Below are positions 18,333 through 28,707 of a stretch of DNA of 64,000 bases, one piece after another. How positions within the stretch are numbered: position 1 is the stretch's first letter; every line of letters starts with the position of its first letter. The stretch is from the sequence record OQ411014.1; one strand, given 5' to 3'. The position numbers were made by a program, and so were the translations under genes. Under the pieces are notes generated by a model. The model saw only the letters and a program-made list of their open reading frames with translations. It was not told where the DNA came from and did not search any database.

Positions 18333-18799
18333 ACTACCAAACTATCGTAATTGATGATATGGTGAACGGTGAGGGCATTCGCTGCTCTCTGTTCGTCAGT
18401 GGGTGCAGTCATGGCTGTGAAGGGTGTTTCAACGAAAAAGCGTGGGATTATCGCTCTGGATTTGAATACACTACCAGTACTGAAGAATGTATCCTAGAAG
18501 AGCTTCAGAAGGATTATGTGAGTGGTTTATCGCTATTAGGTGGTGATCCACTCATGCCGAAGAACATTATTGAGGTAATTGCTCTTTGTAAGAAAGTAAA
18601 GGAACAATTCCCAAATAAGACCATTTGGTGCTGGAGTGGGTACACTTTAGAGGAAATCCAAGAGAATCATGCTAAGGACGTATTACAGTACTTAGATGTT
18701 CTTGTGGATGGAAAGTTCGACTTAGAGAAGTATGACAGTACTGTTCAGTTCAGGGGTTCGAGTAATCAACGAATTCTGTATAAAGGTACTGACTTTTGA
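18329..18799 (+). CDS. nrdG: Anaerobic RNR activating enzyme (radical SAM)
   Basis: NGEGIRCSLFVSGCSHGCEGCFN, LGGDPL, RGSSNQR. Confidence 0.96.
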   Translation: MNYQTIVIDDMVNGEGIRCSLFVSGCSHGCEGCFNEKAWDYRSGFEYTTSTEECILEELQKDYVSGLSLLGGDPLMPKNIIEVIALCKKVKEQFPNKTIWCWSGYTLEEIQENHAKDVLQYLDVLVDGKFDLEKYDSTVQFRGSSNQRILYKGTDF

Positions 18800-18803
18800 A
18801 TAT

Positions 18804-18826
18804 AGGCTCCTTTATGGAGCCTTTTC
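18804..18826 (+). terminator. Rho-independent terminator
   Basis: AGGCTCC-tttat-GGAGCCT plus T run. Confidence 0.8.
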
Positions 18827-18840
18827 TATTATAAAGGAGG

Positions 18841-18848
18841 TATAAATA
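18841..18848 (+). promoter_or_regulatory. T4-type late promoter TATAAATA
   Basis: Exact T4 late consensus just upstream of the virion-appendage genes. Confidence 0.7.
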
Positions 18849-18881
18849 AGTTATCGGATATCTATAACTAAGGGATATGAA

Positions 18882-21581
18882 ATGACTAAAAGAATTTATG
18901 GAGGCTTAGACGTTACTCATAACGTAACAGTTCAGGGCAAAAGGACAGTACAAGGTATCAATAATCAAGTATTCGATGCGAATGGTGATATGAAGATTAA
19001 TACCTATACTCAACAGGAATTACTCGATATTGTTAGCTTAATGCCAATATCACACTACGGTACTCACAACTACTTACCTGCTGGTGTTAGTGGGGACTTT
19101 AATGGTGCAGCGGAGAACCCAGCACAACGTAGAAACAAAATCCTACTGGAGAACGATGGTACACTAGTAATGCTACGTGCTGGTACAAACGGCAGTGTAG
19201 AAGGTTTATTCTATGCTTACCTACCAAATGCACTATCAGTTACTGATTTAGGTAGAGGTGTAAACACTGGTCGTCAGTACAAGCCAGGTTATTTTGGTAG
19301 TACTAAAACTGCTTTCGGTTTGTATAATACAGATGAGAACATTCTTCTAGGAAGATATTCTGATTCGTCAAATGGCAGTACTGGATGGTTTATTTCCATT
19401 ACTAACGGAACACTAGATGACACACAACATAATGGTTTCTTCTTGAATGCTTATACTGATATTGCCCCTCAAGGTGGTGTTGAATATGCAATGATGGCAG
19501 AAGATGGTTCAATTTACGTATTCAGTGTAGATACAAGTAATAACGAATTTAATATTGCAGTTGTTAGAGTTACTTTCAATTTGACGAATAAAACTTACAC
19601 AGCGTCAAGAATCACTGGTTGGACAACCAAGACGTTCTATAATACTACATATTCAGCAGATACTAATATTGTAGTGACGAAGAAAGTAAACTCAACTAAT
19701 ATCGCTGATAAGCCATATATGTACGTTCCGAATGGACTACTTGGTTTAGGTGTATACATGACGTCAATTGACTTGTGTGTAGCACAACAGCCAGGTACAC
19801 AGAACTTCCGCTTTAGAGTTAATGGTGATGCGTGGGCTACTATGGCAACGTATAATACCAGACCACAGCACAGTTATAGTTTCAACTTCAATATGAGTAC
19901 TAAACAATGTACGCTGGATGCAGGGAATGACATTGGTTCAAACGCAGCACCATTTATTGTTACTAATACAGGTTCACAATTAATTGCTTCTGGTAACGTA
20001 ATCAACCAAGATGATTTATATAATCACGGTGGGTGGAGAAACATTTATAGTTCTTACTATTACTTGGATATTGGTACAGTATTCTGTACTACGAGTCCTA
20101 ACTTGTCAGAACCATTGGGGATTGAAAAAGCAACATACCCAGCACAAAGTGTTTACAGTATGCTTAACGTAAGAGCAGTCAATGCATCAGCATTCAATAA
20201 AGGGAATCTTGGTCCTTCGTTCGGTTCAGCAGTTGGTTCTTACATTAACGGCGTAGAATTACTACCAGGTAACAGTACTAAACAATTCTCTCGTTCTTCT
20301 GGTACTGGTGCATTTAGACCATCATATGCAGTACATGCTGCTTCACCTACCTTTACGTTTAAATCTCTTTCAAGAGGTACAATGAAAGGTTATGAGCCTA
20401 CTGCTGAACGTGATTTCATTACAGATAATATAAACAACCGTATTTTCATTAGTACTGTATCTGGTTCGAATGTTACGACAAATGGTGGGATTTTCATGGT
20501 TGGTCAACGTTATTCACAGTCTTTGTCATTTGACAAACATGGTGTTGGTACTGGAACAATCTCGGTCACTGATTCAGTACTGGTAAATTTCAGAAATTCT
20601 GAATATGCAAAAGTACCTGCTTCATGGAATCTTTCTACAGCAGCAACTAAAGATATGACACTATTTGTTCCACAACAAACTGATATTCCTGCTTTTGTAA
20701 TGTTAAGTACTGTTACTACTGGAAATAAAAACTATATTAAGATTGTGGAAGTGAACGTTAATACCAGAAGTGGTAATATTACTTCAATTAGTTTTAAGCG
20801 TAATGTAATTGAAAACGTTTATGGTGATAGTTTTACACCAAATGGTGCTGGTGGTTTTGCTTCATCTTCTGTAGGTTTAACAATATATGATGGCGGTTCG
20901 TTCTACTTTATTGGTGGTTCAGATCCTTTATCTCACCCAACAATTGGCAATACGAATACACATCAATTCAGAGCTATTGTTACTAAAAGTACTGCACAAT
21001 TTGACAGCTTTATTATTTCAGGTTCACATGCTAGTTATGAACAGGGTATTCAACCTGCTGCTCTTCCTGGTATTGGCTTTGGGTATTTCCAAGCAATTGA
21101 CTACTCAAACAAAATGACATTCCAGAAATGTGGTACTACTGTTGCTGAATATAATGCATGGACAGCAATTGGTGATCCAATTAACGTAGTTTCACAAGAC
21201 GTTGCACAAGGATTTGTTGTTTACTTCAACGAAGAAACACCAGTAATGCTCAGTGGTAAGTCATTTACGATGCCAGTTCAAAGTGTTGATTTGAAAACTA
21301 TTAAAGCTAACCCAGCGAATACGACATTCCACATTTATGTGAGAATGAACCAAGGTAATGCAGAATATCATATAACTACTGAAGTTATTTCCGAAACTGG
21401 TAGTACTGCATATAACGTATTCTGGATTGGTACTGTTACTACGGATGCTATCCAAATCTCGACTATTAATGTATTCAAGCGTTCTCGTTTGGATGTATTT
21501 GGTGCATCACTTGAACCAACCGGATCATCATTCCCAGTGAGTTATGGTCTACCATCAGGCAACGGAACAATTAACTGGTAA
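18882..21581 (+). CDS. Large beta-rich virion appendage/tail-fibre-like protein A
   Basis: 899 aa, T/S/N/G-rich, late promoter; paralogous at both ends to 22188-24941. Confidence 0.6.
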   Translation: MTKRIYGGLDVTHNVTVQGKRTVQGINNQVFDANGDMKINTYTQQELLDIVSLMPISHYGTHNYLPAGVSGDFNGAAENPAQRRNKILLENDGTLVMLRAGTNGSVEGLFYAYLPNALSVTDLGRGVNTGRQYKPGYFGSTKTAFGLYNTDENILLGRYSDSSNGSTGWFISITNGTLDDTQHNGFFLNAYTDIAPQGGVEYAMMAEDGSIYVFSVDTSNNEFNIAVVRVTFNLTNKTYTASRITGWTTKTFYNTTYSADTNIVVTKKVNSTNIADKPYMYVPNGLLGLGVYMTSIDLCVAQQPGTQNFRFRVNGDAWATMATYNTRPQHSYSFNFNMSTKQCTLDAGNDIGSNAAPFIVTNTGSQLIASGNVINQDDLYNHGGWRNIYSSYYYLDIGTVFCTTSPNLSEPLGIEKATYPAQSVYSMLNVRAVNASAFNKGNLGPSFGSAVGSYINGVELLPGNSTKQFSRSSGTGAFRPSYAVHAASPTFTFKSLSRGTMKGYEPTAERDFITDNINNRIFISTVSGSNVTTNGGIFMVGQRYSQSLSFDKHGVGTGTISVTDSVLVNFRNSEYAKVPASWNLSTAATKDMTLFVPQQTDIPAFVMLSTVTTGNKNYIKIVEVNVNTRSGNITSISFKRNVIENVYGDSFTPNGAGGFASSSVGLTIYDGGSFYFIGGSDPLSHPTIGNTNTHQFRAIVTKSTAQFDSFIISGSHASYEQGIQPAALPGIGFGYFQAIDYSNKMTFQKCGTTVAEYNAWTAIGDPINVVSQDVAQGFVVYFNEETPVMLSGKSFTMPVQSVDLKTIKANPANTTFHIYVRMNQGNAEYHITTEVISETGSTAYNVFWIGTVTTDAIQISTINVFKRSRLDVFGASLEPTGSSFPVSYGLPSGNGTINW

Positions 21582-21590
21582 GGAGAAATT

Positions 21591-22178
21591 ATGCCATTAC
21601 AATACAGAACGGACGTGAACGCAGCAGGACAAATTAAAGTACAGAATAAAACAACTGGTGTTTCTATTACATCAGGTAACGGTCAAGTATATTCTACAAC
21701 ATCTGCGGGGGCGATTACGTTCCCAGTACTGACAACTGATGATGTGGATTATATTACACTTGAATTACCACTCTCTCAGTTCGGAGAATTGTATGAGAAT
21801 ACTAGTCTTAATATTACAAGTACTGGTTTAGTACTGAAGTTTAATAGAATAATTCCACTCTTCATGAGTGGGATTTACTACGATGTTCCAGTTCAGAACA
21901 TCACAGCACAAGCTGCAACGTCAGGTACAGCAACATATTATGTGTATGTTAAACTAGAACTTGGTGCACCAAAATATTTCATCTCCAGAACAGAAGGTGT
22001 TGAGAACGAAATAACCATGTTCATAGGTACTATCACAGTAAGTACTACCACAATAACAGCAATCAATATTAACAAAGTTTCCAGATTCGGTACATACAGA
22101 CCGAGTACTACACAGAAAGGTTCTTCTTTCCCTGTCAGTACTGGACACCCTTCACAAACTGGTTCAATTAACTGGTAA
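21591..22178 (+). CDS. Short virion protein sharing the C-terminal domain of A and C
   Basis: Ends in GSSFPVSTGHPSQTGSINW; A ends in GSSFPVSYGLPSGNGTINW. Confidence 0.6.
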   Translation: MPLQYRTDVNAAGQIKVQNKTTGVSITSGNGQVYSTTSAGAITFPVLTTDDVDYITLELPLSQFGELYENTSLNITSTGLVLKFNRIIPLFMSGIYYDVPVQNITAQAATSGTATYYVYVKLELGAPKYFISRTEGVENEITMFIGTITVSTTTITAININKVSRFGTYRPSTTQKGSSFPVSTGHPSQTGSINW

Positions 22179-22187
22179 GGAAATAAC

Positions 22188-24941
22188 ATGTCATCTAAAA
22201 GAGTAATAGGTTCAGTTGAGTTTTTAAGTAACTTAGCTGTAAATGGGAAATACGCAATGCGTTCCTTTAATGGTGTCAATCCAGATGCCAATACTGGTAT
22301 AATCACTTATCCATTTTATACCAGAGAAGAAGTTCAGAAGATTCTCGATATACTCCCTGTTTCACGTATAGGTGAAATGGACTATCTACCACCGAACGTA
22401 AGTGGTTCCTTTAGTGGAGCTACTTCATTCTCGAATGATCGCAGAGTTCAGCCATGTATTATTGAAGATGATGGTACAGCCGTAATTATTCGCCCTGGTA
22501 CGAATGGTAGTCAGTTTGATTTTTATTATGCTTACATCCGTAACGTCAGAAATATCCCAACTCTAACACAAAGTGATATTGTTCAGACGAATACCAGATA
22601 TCACCCATCATATCTTACTAGTACTCAAAAGATTGAACAATTTTACGGTACTGATGGATATGATCTTCTTTGGTACAGAGTTTCTGACTCAGTTAATAGT
22701 TCAAACTATTTTGCAATTACATTAACTAACGGTTCCTTTAACGTAGTAGGTCACCAACATGCTCTTATTCCACAAACATCTATGCCTAATTTCACACCAG
22801 CATATGCTCATATCGTGAATGGTTCAGTATACATGTGGGGCTATGACAGTACTTTAGGTTCAGGTAGAGCATTGAAGTTATACACTATCCCAACTAGTTC
22901 GTTGCGTTCTGGTGTTACTACTGGTTTAACTGCTGTCACTGGATTTAATGGAAAAACTATCAACGGTAATGCTTATACAGCAGCCAGTACTGCTAGGATT
23001 TATGATACATATGCAAGTACTACCAGTACTGCTGATTGCTTAATTCAATACACGTCTAACATGTATTCTCCTGAATATCACGACTACGCCATCTCCAATG
23101 CAATGGCGGCTGGTAATGCTGATAATACACAGATTCGTTTCACTATGTTCCCTACATATCGTTACGGTTCTGCGTATGGTTTTAGTGGTATATTCATGTA
23201 CGCAATTAGTTTAGTCTATAATATCAGTACTAAAACATTTACGTACGATACTACATCTTTAGGTAAAATTGTGGTGAATGCTACACTAAATGGTTCTACA
23301 ATGACCTATACAGAAACTGCTAACCCATATTTGGTTGATGCAACTTCATGGCGTGGTTTTGGTGCAAGTCTAGGTAACTGTGGAACAATCTGTCAAGCAG
23401 GTGATGGTTTCATGGTGAGTACTCGCTCTCGTTGGGCAAGTTCTGCTCCTTACGGTGTCAGTACTTCTAAGATTAATAACTTTACTTCTCAATTCGATTC
23501 TATTAAAATGACTGGTAGAAGTGTTACTGCAAATACTCAACTATTTGCTAACCCAATCTACGGTTCTGCAATTGGTGAGAACTTGATGGGTCCACGTCTG
23601 TTAAGTAAAACTCGTATGATTCTTGCATGTTCAGGTACATACGATGGTGTATCCAACGCAAGCTATGACAATACTGTAGTTGCGGACTTCGGTACTGATT
23701 CGAACTTCTCATACAAGTCAATGACTCAAGGTACACTTACTGGGTATGCACCACAAACGTATCGTAAATTCGCTAATAATGACAACTTCAGACTATCAGA
23801 ATTAGTAACACTAATGGACAGTACTGGTAATGTTCAAGCAAGTAGTACTGCATTCATCGAGAACGTTAAGTACACTGGTGGGATTGGTATTAACCCTGAT
23901 ACACTTGAATACACTGGCAGTACTGTTAATATGTCCAATGCAGTTATCCAATCACTTAAACAAGGTATTGCAACTTCTGCTGGTATTCCATTGAATACAA
24001 GTTTGCTTACAGTGTATTACATTCCTGATACATCATATTGCAATCACCAAGCAGTACTAATGGTTCGTAATCCTGATAACACTGGCGTTGTAGTACTAGC
24101 TGAAATGAATTTAACTACAAGTACTTCTGGAAGTACAATTACTGTTACTGGTGGTTCTGTAATAAGAACTTTCGTTCAGAACAGACCAAATATTACTTCA
24201 GTAAATGGTGGGAACTACGCTCGTAACGTTGGTGTTTGTGCTGGTAAATTCAGTGGTTTTAATTACCTTAGTGTTCACTCAGCGAATAACTTTGGTGTTC
24301 CTGGTGATGCAAGGTCTTATTCGTTCTTTGCAAAAGTTAAGGGTGGTGCTATAGTATCACAGAGAATCGATGAGTCCTATTATTCACAGACATATGGCAG
24401 GACTGGTGGTTTCCTACCAGGGAAAGGTTTCGGTTATTATGATAACTCAGTGAGTGATTACCAGACCAAATCCGTGTTCCAACTCTTCGGTACTACTGAA
24501 GCACAGATGGATGCACTAATTGCTGGTACTGGAACATCAACACCTGTTGTTGTTATGTCTCAAGAAGTTCCTGAAGGTTTTAGTGTTTACTTTACACAAG
24601 AACTACCAGTATTCTTAGGTGGTATGTACGATAAGCTACCAATCCAGACAGTTGATTTGAGAACTATCAAAGCTGATCCATCCAATACTACTTTCTATAT
24701 CTACGTATCAATGGATAGAAGTAAAGGTGAAGCATCATACGTTATCAGTACTGCACTCTTGGATGAAACTCTAACCAGAGCATTCATTGGTACTATTGTG
24801 ACTATTGATGCAGGTATTGACCGGATTGATGCAGAGAAGGTAACACGCTTCTTGACTTACAGACCAAGTACTTACAAGAGGGGTTCTGCAATCCCTGCGA
24901 GTACTGGTGTTCCATCTGGGACTGGTTCACGCTGGCATTAA
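22188..24941 (+). CDS. Large beta-rich virion appendage/tail-fibre-like protein C
   Basis: 917 aa; N-terminal ..EDDGT..IRPGTNGS.. matches A; ends in GSAIPASTGVPSGTGSRWH. Confidence 0.6.
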   Translation: MSSKRVIGSVEFLSNLAVNGKYAMRSFNGVNPDANTGIITYPFYTREEVQKILDILPVSRIGEMDYLPPNVSGSFSGATSFSNDRRVQPCIIEDDGTAVIIRPGTNGSQFDFYYAYIRNVRNIPTLTQSDIVQTNTRYHPSYLTSTQKIEQFYGTDGYDLLWYRVSDSVNSSNYFAITLTNGSFNVVGHQHALIPQTSMPNFTPAYAHIVNGSVYMWGYDSTLGSGRALKLYTIPTSSLRSGVTTGLTAVTGFNGKTINGNAYTAASTARIYDTYASTTSTADCLIQYTSNMYSPEYHDYAISNAMAAGNADNTQIRFTMFPTYRYGSAYGFSGIFMYAISLVYNISTKTFTYDTTSLGKIVVNATLNGSTMTYTETANPYLVDATSWRGFGASLGNCGTICQAGDGFMVSTRSRWASSAPYGVSTSKINNFTSQFDSIKMTGRSVTANTQLFANPIYGSAIGENLMGPRLLSKTRMILACSGTYDGVSNASYDNTVVADFGTDSNFSYKSMTQGTLTGYAPQTYRKFANNDNFRLSELVTLMDSTGNVQASSTAFIENVKYTGGIGINPDTLEYTGSTVNMSNAVIQSLKQGIATSAGIPLNTSLLTVYYIPDTSYCNHQAVLMVRNPDNTGVVVLAEMNLTTSTSGSTITVTGGSVIRTFVQNRPNITSVNGGNYARNVGVCAGKFSGFNYLSVHSANNFGVPGDARSYSFFAKVKGGAIVSQRIDESYYSQTYGRTGGFLPGKGFGYYDNSVSDYQTKSVFQLFGTTEAQMDALIAGTGTSTPVVVMSQEVPEGFSVYFTQELPVFLGGMYDKLPIQTVDLRTIKADPSNTTFYIYVSMDRSKGEASYVISTALLDETLTRAFIGTIVTIDAGIDRIDAEKVTRFLTYRPSTYKRGSAIPASTGVPSGTGSRWH

Positions 24942-24954
24942 TTTAAACTCAATT

Positions 24955-24994
24955 GAGGTTGTCTATTGACAGCCTCTTTTTTTCTTGATATAAT
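24955..24994 (+). promoter_or_regulatory. Terminator hairpin overlapping a sigma70 promoter
   Basis: GAGGTTGTC-tatt-GACAGCCTC plus T run; TTGACA(24966)-N17-TATAAT(24989). Confidence 0.72.
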
Positions 24995-25021
24995 GTTTAG
25001 ACTCATGGAAGGAGGAAAATT

Positions 25022-25333
25022 ATGCAATACAGAACACCAGTACTGATCAATCGATACAAAAGTAAAGACTTTGATGTTTACATTGGTCGTGGGACAAAAT
25101 GGGGAAACCCGTTCCCAATCGATGAAGCATGTGGTCAAACTCGCCTAATCGTTATTGAAATGTACAGACACCAAATGTATGAATGGCTAGAAAATGGAAC
25201 CATCACTGTTCAGGATATTTTGGATTTATCGGGAAAAACCATTGCATGTTCTTGTGCACCAAAGGCATGTCATGGAGATATAATCATAGAGGTATTCAAT
25301 GAAATAGTGAGTATGATGAATGCAGGAACATAA
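25022..25333 (+). CDS. DUF4326-family protein
   Basis: VYIGRGTKWGNPF...LSGKTIACSCAPKACHGDII. Confidence 0.8.
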   Translation: MQYRTPVLINRYKSKDFDVYIGRGTKWGNPFPIDEACGQTRLIVIEMYRHQMYEWLENGTITVQDILDLSGKTIACSCAPKACHGDIIIEVFNEIVSMMNAGT

Positions 25334-25721
25334 AATATATGACATCATTAAAACTCTTAAAACTTGTAAGAGAGTAACATTATCTGAAAAAGTTTACTGC
25401 GGTTTAAATGATAAAAAGTGTATCATGTTCGATTGTATAGATGATGGTGAATCCAGCATTAGTATTGCTAGTCCTAAGAATCCTAATGGTGATTTTATCT
25501 TCTGTACAGTTACTGATGAACTTGAATTTGTACTCGTCAAGAGTGATGGTGCACAATCTGAAATCTTAGACTTGAGTACTGAAGATAGATTCTTTCAACG
25601 AAGTTTACTCTTTGACTTATCATTAACCTATGATGAGTATCAATCAGTACTTCATAATTTCAACAAATTTTATAACGGACTAATCAGTACTGTTATAATC
25701 TATTCAACCGAGGTCATATAA
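25320..25721 (+). CDS. Hypothetical protein, distant member of the STEE-FQ C-terminal-motif family
   Basis: LSTEDRFFQRSLLFDLSLTYDEY. Confidence 0.65.
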   Translation: MQEHKIYDIIKTLKTCKRVTLSEKVYCGLNDKKCIMFDCIDDGESSISIASPKNPNGDFIFCTVTDELEFVLVKSDGAQSEILDLSTEDRFFQRSLLFDLSLTYDEYQSVLHNFNKFYNGLISTVIIYSTEVI

Positions 25722-26968
25722 TGTCAAAAAATATGCTCGAAAATATCATCGTAAAACACTACGCTGGTAGTATCGCTTATGGTACAAATACTCCCTTATC
25801 AGATGTTGATTTCCGTGGAATCTTTATGGCTCCAAAGGAATTCATCTTGTCTCCGTTCGTAAACGTAGGGGAAGCATCTGATTCAAAAGAAGAAGATACT
25901 AAATTCTACGAACTCAATAAGTTCATGAAACTAAATGTCGATGCGAACCCGAATATCCTCGAAACACTATGGGTCGATGATGAACACATCGTTGAAAGTA
26001 CTGAAATGTACCAACATCTTCGCAAGCACAGAAGTGAACTACTAAGTAATAAGATTGCATTTACTTATACTGGATTCGCATATAACCAAGTTCACCGCAT
26101 GAGCAACCATAATGGCTGGATGGATAAAGAGAGAATTGCTGAACGCAGACTCAATGAAATCATCGAAAAACATCCTTGTATTGAAGTGAAAGAGTGGATG
26201 TACGAATATTTCCCTCATTATGTCATTGACCGGATTGACTTCTCTAATGTAAAAGGTTATAGTGATGATGTTGATTTGGACTTGGATAAGTTCTTGCGTG
26301 ATAGTTCTCTGCAACTGATCAGTACTAAATCCTTAGCACAGCATCACTTCGTGCGTTTAGTACATAATTACTTACCACAGAAAGTACTTGACCGTGATTT
26401 CAACTTAGCTCATTTCAATACGAATCATGAACTAATTCACTACGGTGATAATATCTTTGCAGTAGTTCCAACTCAGGGGAAATCGAAAGTACTTTCAGTA
26501 CATAACGATTTAGTTTGGGATTCAAAGAAAGAACGTACTCCTGAAGAACTAAAAGTACTTCCATCTTTGATTGTGAAATTCAATCGCAAAGAATATGAAG
26601 AACTGAATGATAAACGCAAGCACTATCACAAGTGGAAAGAGAACCGTAACAGTATTCGTGCTGAACTGGAGTCAAAGAATGGCTTCGATACTAAGCACGC
26701 AATGCACGTGGTTCGTTTATTACGTACAGCAAAAGAAGCACTGTTGACTGGTGTCATCAACGTCAAACGTCCTGATGCGGAAGAATTACTTGCAATCCGT
26801 AATGGTGCTTGGACATATGAAGAAATGATGAAGTACTTTGAATCTGAATCTAAATTAGTAATGAACTTAGGTAAAACATCAAAAGTACTTCCATCGTCCC
26901 CAAACCGTAAACTAGCAACTCAATTAGTACTAGACTTACGTGAGATGCATTGGAAACAAGGAAAATAA
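25721..26968 (+). CDS. RlaP-like (Nuc-transf) nucleotidyltransferase
   Basis: GSIAYGTNTPLSDVDFRGIF, NPNILETLW, FDTKHAMHVVRLL, LLAIRNG; central insertion. Confidence 0.78.
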   Translation: MSKNMLENIIVKHYAGSIAYGTNTPLSDVDFRGIFMAPKEFILSPFVNVGEASDSKEEDTKFYELNKFMKLNVDANPNILETLWVDDEHIVESTEMYQHLRKHRSELLSNKIAFTYTGFAYNQVHRMSNHNGWMDKERIAERRLNEIIEKHPCIEVKEWMYEYFPHYVIDRIDFSNVKGYSDDVDLDLDKFLRDSSLQLISTKSLAQHHFVRLVHNYLPQKVLDRDFNLAHFNTNHELIHYGDNIFAVVPTQGKSKVLSVHNDLVWDSKKERTPEELKVLPSLIVKFNRKEYEELNDKRKHYHKWKENRNSIRAELESKNGFDTKHAMHVVRLLRTAKEALLTGVINVKRPDAEELLAIRNGAWTYEEMMKYFESESKLVMNLGKTSKVLPSSPNRKLATQLVLDLREMHWKQGK

Positions 26969-26969
26969 T

Positions 26970-27122
26970 ATGCCTGAACTACAGAAACATATTGACGCTA
27001 TCATTGAACTTTACTTCAACGAAAAAGATACAGTAAAGCGTTATGAAATTGCAGCAGAAGTACAACATGCACTAGATGAAGCACGTCAAGCTACTGTTCA
27101 TAAAATCACTAAAGGCAAATAA
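26970..27122 (+). CDS. Small hypothetical protein
   Basis: 50 aa from ATG 26970 (TAATATG coupling). Confidence 0.55.
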   Translation: MPELQKHIDAIIELYFNEKDTVKRYEIAAEVQHALDEARQATVHKITKGK

Positions 27123-27129
27123 CGAAAAA

Positions 27130-27154
27130 GGCCCAGATTATTCTGGGCTTTTTT
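27130..27154 (+). terminator. Rho-independent terminator
   Basis: GCCCAG-attatt-CTGGGC plus T run. Confidence 0.8.
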
Positions 27155-27160
27155 ATGTGC

Positions 27161-27166
27161 TAAATA
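27161..27166 (+). promoter_or_regulatory. Late promoter motif upstream of the spanins
   Basis: TAAATA between the terminator and SD GGAGG. Confidence 0.5.
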
Positions 27167-27198
27167 TTTGTACATTCATCATCAACACGGAGGTACAT

Positions 27199-27555
27199 AT
27201 GGGTGTATTCACGAAGTACTGGAAACTTGCTTCAGTACTTATTCTGTTACTAGGCTCATTCTATTCAGGGTGGTACGTAAAGACTCTAAAGGATGGTTAT
27301 GAACAGAATATTGTTAAAGAAGTAAAACAAGAAGTACAGGGTGCATTAAAGGAAGTAAAAGAACAGAACTACCAAAACTACTTAAACACGAAAGAGTATT
27401 TGGATTCTAAACAAATCAATGTAATCAAAGAAAAGATTCCAGTTATCATTGAGAAAGAAAAAGAGATATACTTCCAGTACTGTTTAGAAGAGGAAGGAGT
27501 AGAGGCTCTACGTATTCTACGTGAGAACTCAAGAATTGCGAGAGGTATGAAATGA
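27199..27555 (+). CDS. Inner-membrane spanin (Rz-like)
   Basis: Start moved to ATG 27199 (SD GGAGG); N-terminal TM plus coiled coil; overlaps the lipoprotein gene. Confidence 0.62.
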   Translation: MGVFTKYWKLASVLILLLGSFYSGWYVKTLKDGYEQNIVKEVKQEVQGALKEVKEQNYQNYLNTKEYLDSKQINVIKEKIPVIIEKEKEIYFQYCLEEEGVEALRILRENSRIARGMK

Positions 27556-27875
27556 AAAAGTTAATCCTTAGTATTGTATTCGCTTGTACAGTACTTCTAT
27601 GTGGTTGTGCACCAAAAGCATTAGTAACAATGGAAGCACCTATACTGGAGACTGATTCTAAGTTCCTGGAGCGTTGTACTGCTGATACACCAGTACCGGA
27701 AAATCCTTACATTGATAAAGACGGGAAGAAGCTATACAATGGTATTTCCAGCATGGAAGCCTTTCAAAAATGGCAAACAGTATATGATGATTGTGCACTC
27801 AAACATGATGCACTAATAAATGTTATACTAGAATTGCAAAAAAATCGTACAGTACTATTGAAGAAAGAACATTGA
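27552..27875 (+). CDS. Outer-membrane spanin lipoprotein (Rz1-like)
   Basis: Lipobox LCGC, Pro-containing linker, C-terminal CALKHDAL. Confidence 0.65.
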   Translation: MKKLILSIVFACTVLLCGCAPKALVTMEAPILETDSKFLERCTADTPVPENPYIDKDGKKLYNGISSMEAFQKWQTVYDDCALKHDALINVILELQKNRTVLLKKEH

Positions 27876-27888
27876 TGTATTATACTCA

Positions 27889-27916
27889 GGGGGTCCAATA
27901 TCGGATTCCCTTTTTT
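27889..27916 (+). terminator. Rho-independent terminator
   Basis: GGGGGTCC-aatatc-GGATTCCC plus T run. Confidence 0.65.
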
Positions 27917-27927
27917 ATGGAGCAAAT

Positions 27928-28293
27928 ATGACAACTAAAATTTTCCCTCAGAGTCTTATGAAGGATCTATCTTACGGTTACGGTACTACTAAGGTCATGG
28001 GTGATTATAATGAAAAGACTGATTCCTTCGCACCGGATATCGAATATGAAGTCTTACACAATGAACAGTGTAATACTACTCGTTGGAACAGTGTTCATGA
28101 TTTAGTTTTTCTTGACAAGAGTACTGGGAAAACGTATCATACACAGTATGAAGTTGGTCTTACCGAATCGCAGTATTTGAGTGCATTTGACTATGATAAA
28201 GAAGGTGTCGAATGTACTGAAGTACAAACGTGGGAAGAGCAAGTTACCTATACAGTGTTAAAATGGCGGGATAAAAATGATTCAAGATATTGA
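27928..28293 (+). CDS. Hypothetical protein
   Basis: 121 aa, SD GGAG. Confidence 0.7.
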   Translation: MTTKIFPQSLMKDLSYGYGTTKVMGDYNEKTDSFAPDIEYEVLHNEQCNTTRWNSVHDLVFLDKSTGKTYHTQYEVGLTESQYLSAFDYDKEGVECTEVQTWEEQVTYTVLKWRDKNDSRY

Positions 28294-28666
28294 TTTTTCT
28301 AATTTGGAATACGTCAGTGCAGTCAAAAATATCAGTACTGAAGATGATATCAAATACGTTACTACTACGATTACGTTCTTGCGTAAAGAAGATAGTATTG
28401 CTCATCTAACTGGACTTGAGAAGACTTTCGCTGAACTCAAATTACAAGAAGAATCAAAGTACATCAAACTTGCTTCGGTGTACACTACGGTTGAAGATGT
28501 TATCCAGAAAGATGAGCCAATTAAGGTGATTTTTTCTGGGATAAATAAAAAGTACCGGCAGGTTACTCGTTCTGAAACGGATGAGAACATGCACATTATT
28601 CTGAATGACATTCAGTTCGTAGATATGGTTTTTGACCGTTCTGAAAATAAACATGTTTACATGTAG
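28277..28666 (+). CDS. Hypothetical protein
   Basis: 129 aa, overlapping start. Confidence 0.65.
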   Translation: MIQDIDFSNLEYVSAVKNISTEDDIKYVTTTITFLRKEDSIAHLTGLEKTFAELKLQEESKYIKLASVYTTVEDVIQKDEPIKVIFSGINKKYRQVTRSETDENMHIILNDIQFVDMVFDRSENKHVYM

Positions 28667-28671
28667 TATTT

Positions 28672-28701
28672 TTGAGATGAATGAAAATTTTGTGATATAA
28701 T
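28672..28701 (+). promoter_or_regulatory. Early promoter (TTGAGA-N18-TATAAT) upstream of the non-coding region
   Basis: TTGAGA...TGTGATATAAT. Confidence 0.72.
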
Positions 28702-28707
28702 GTATAG

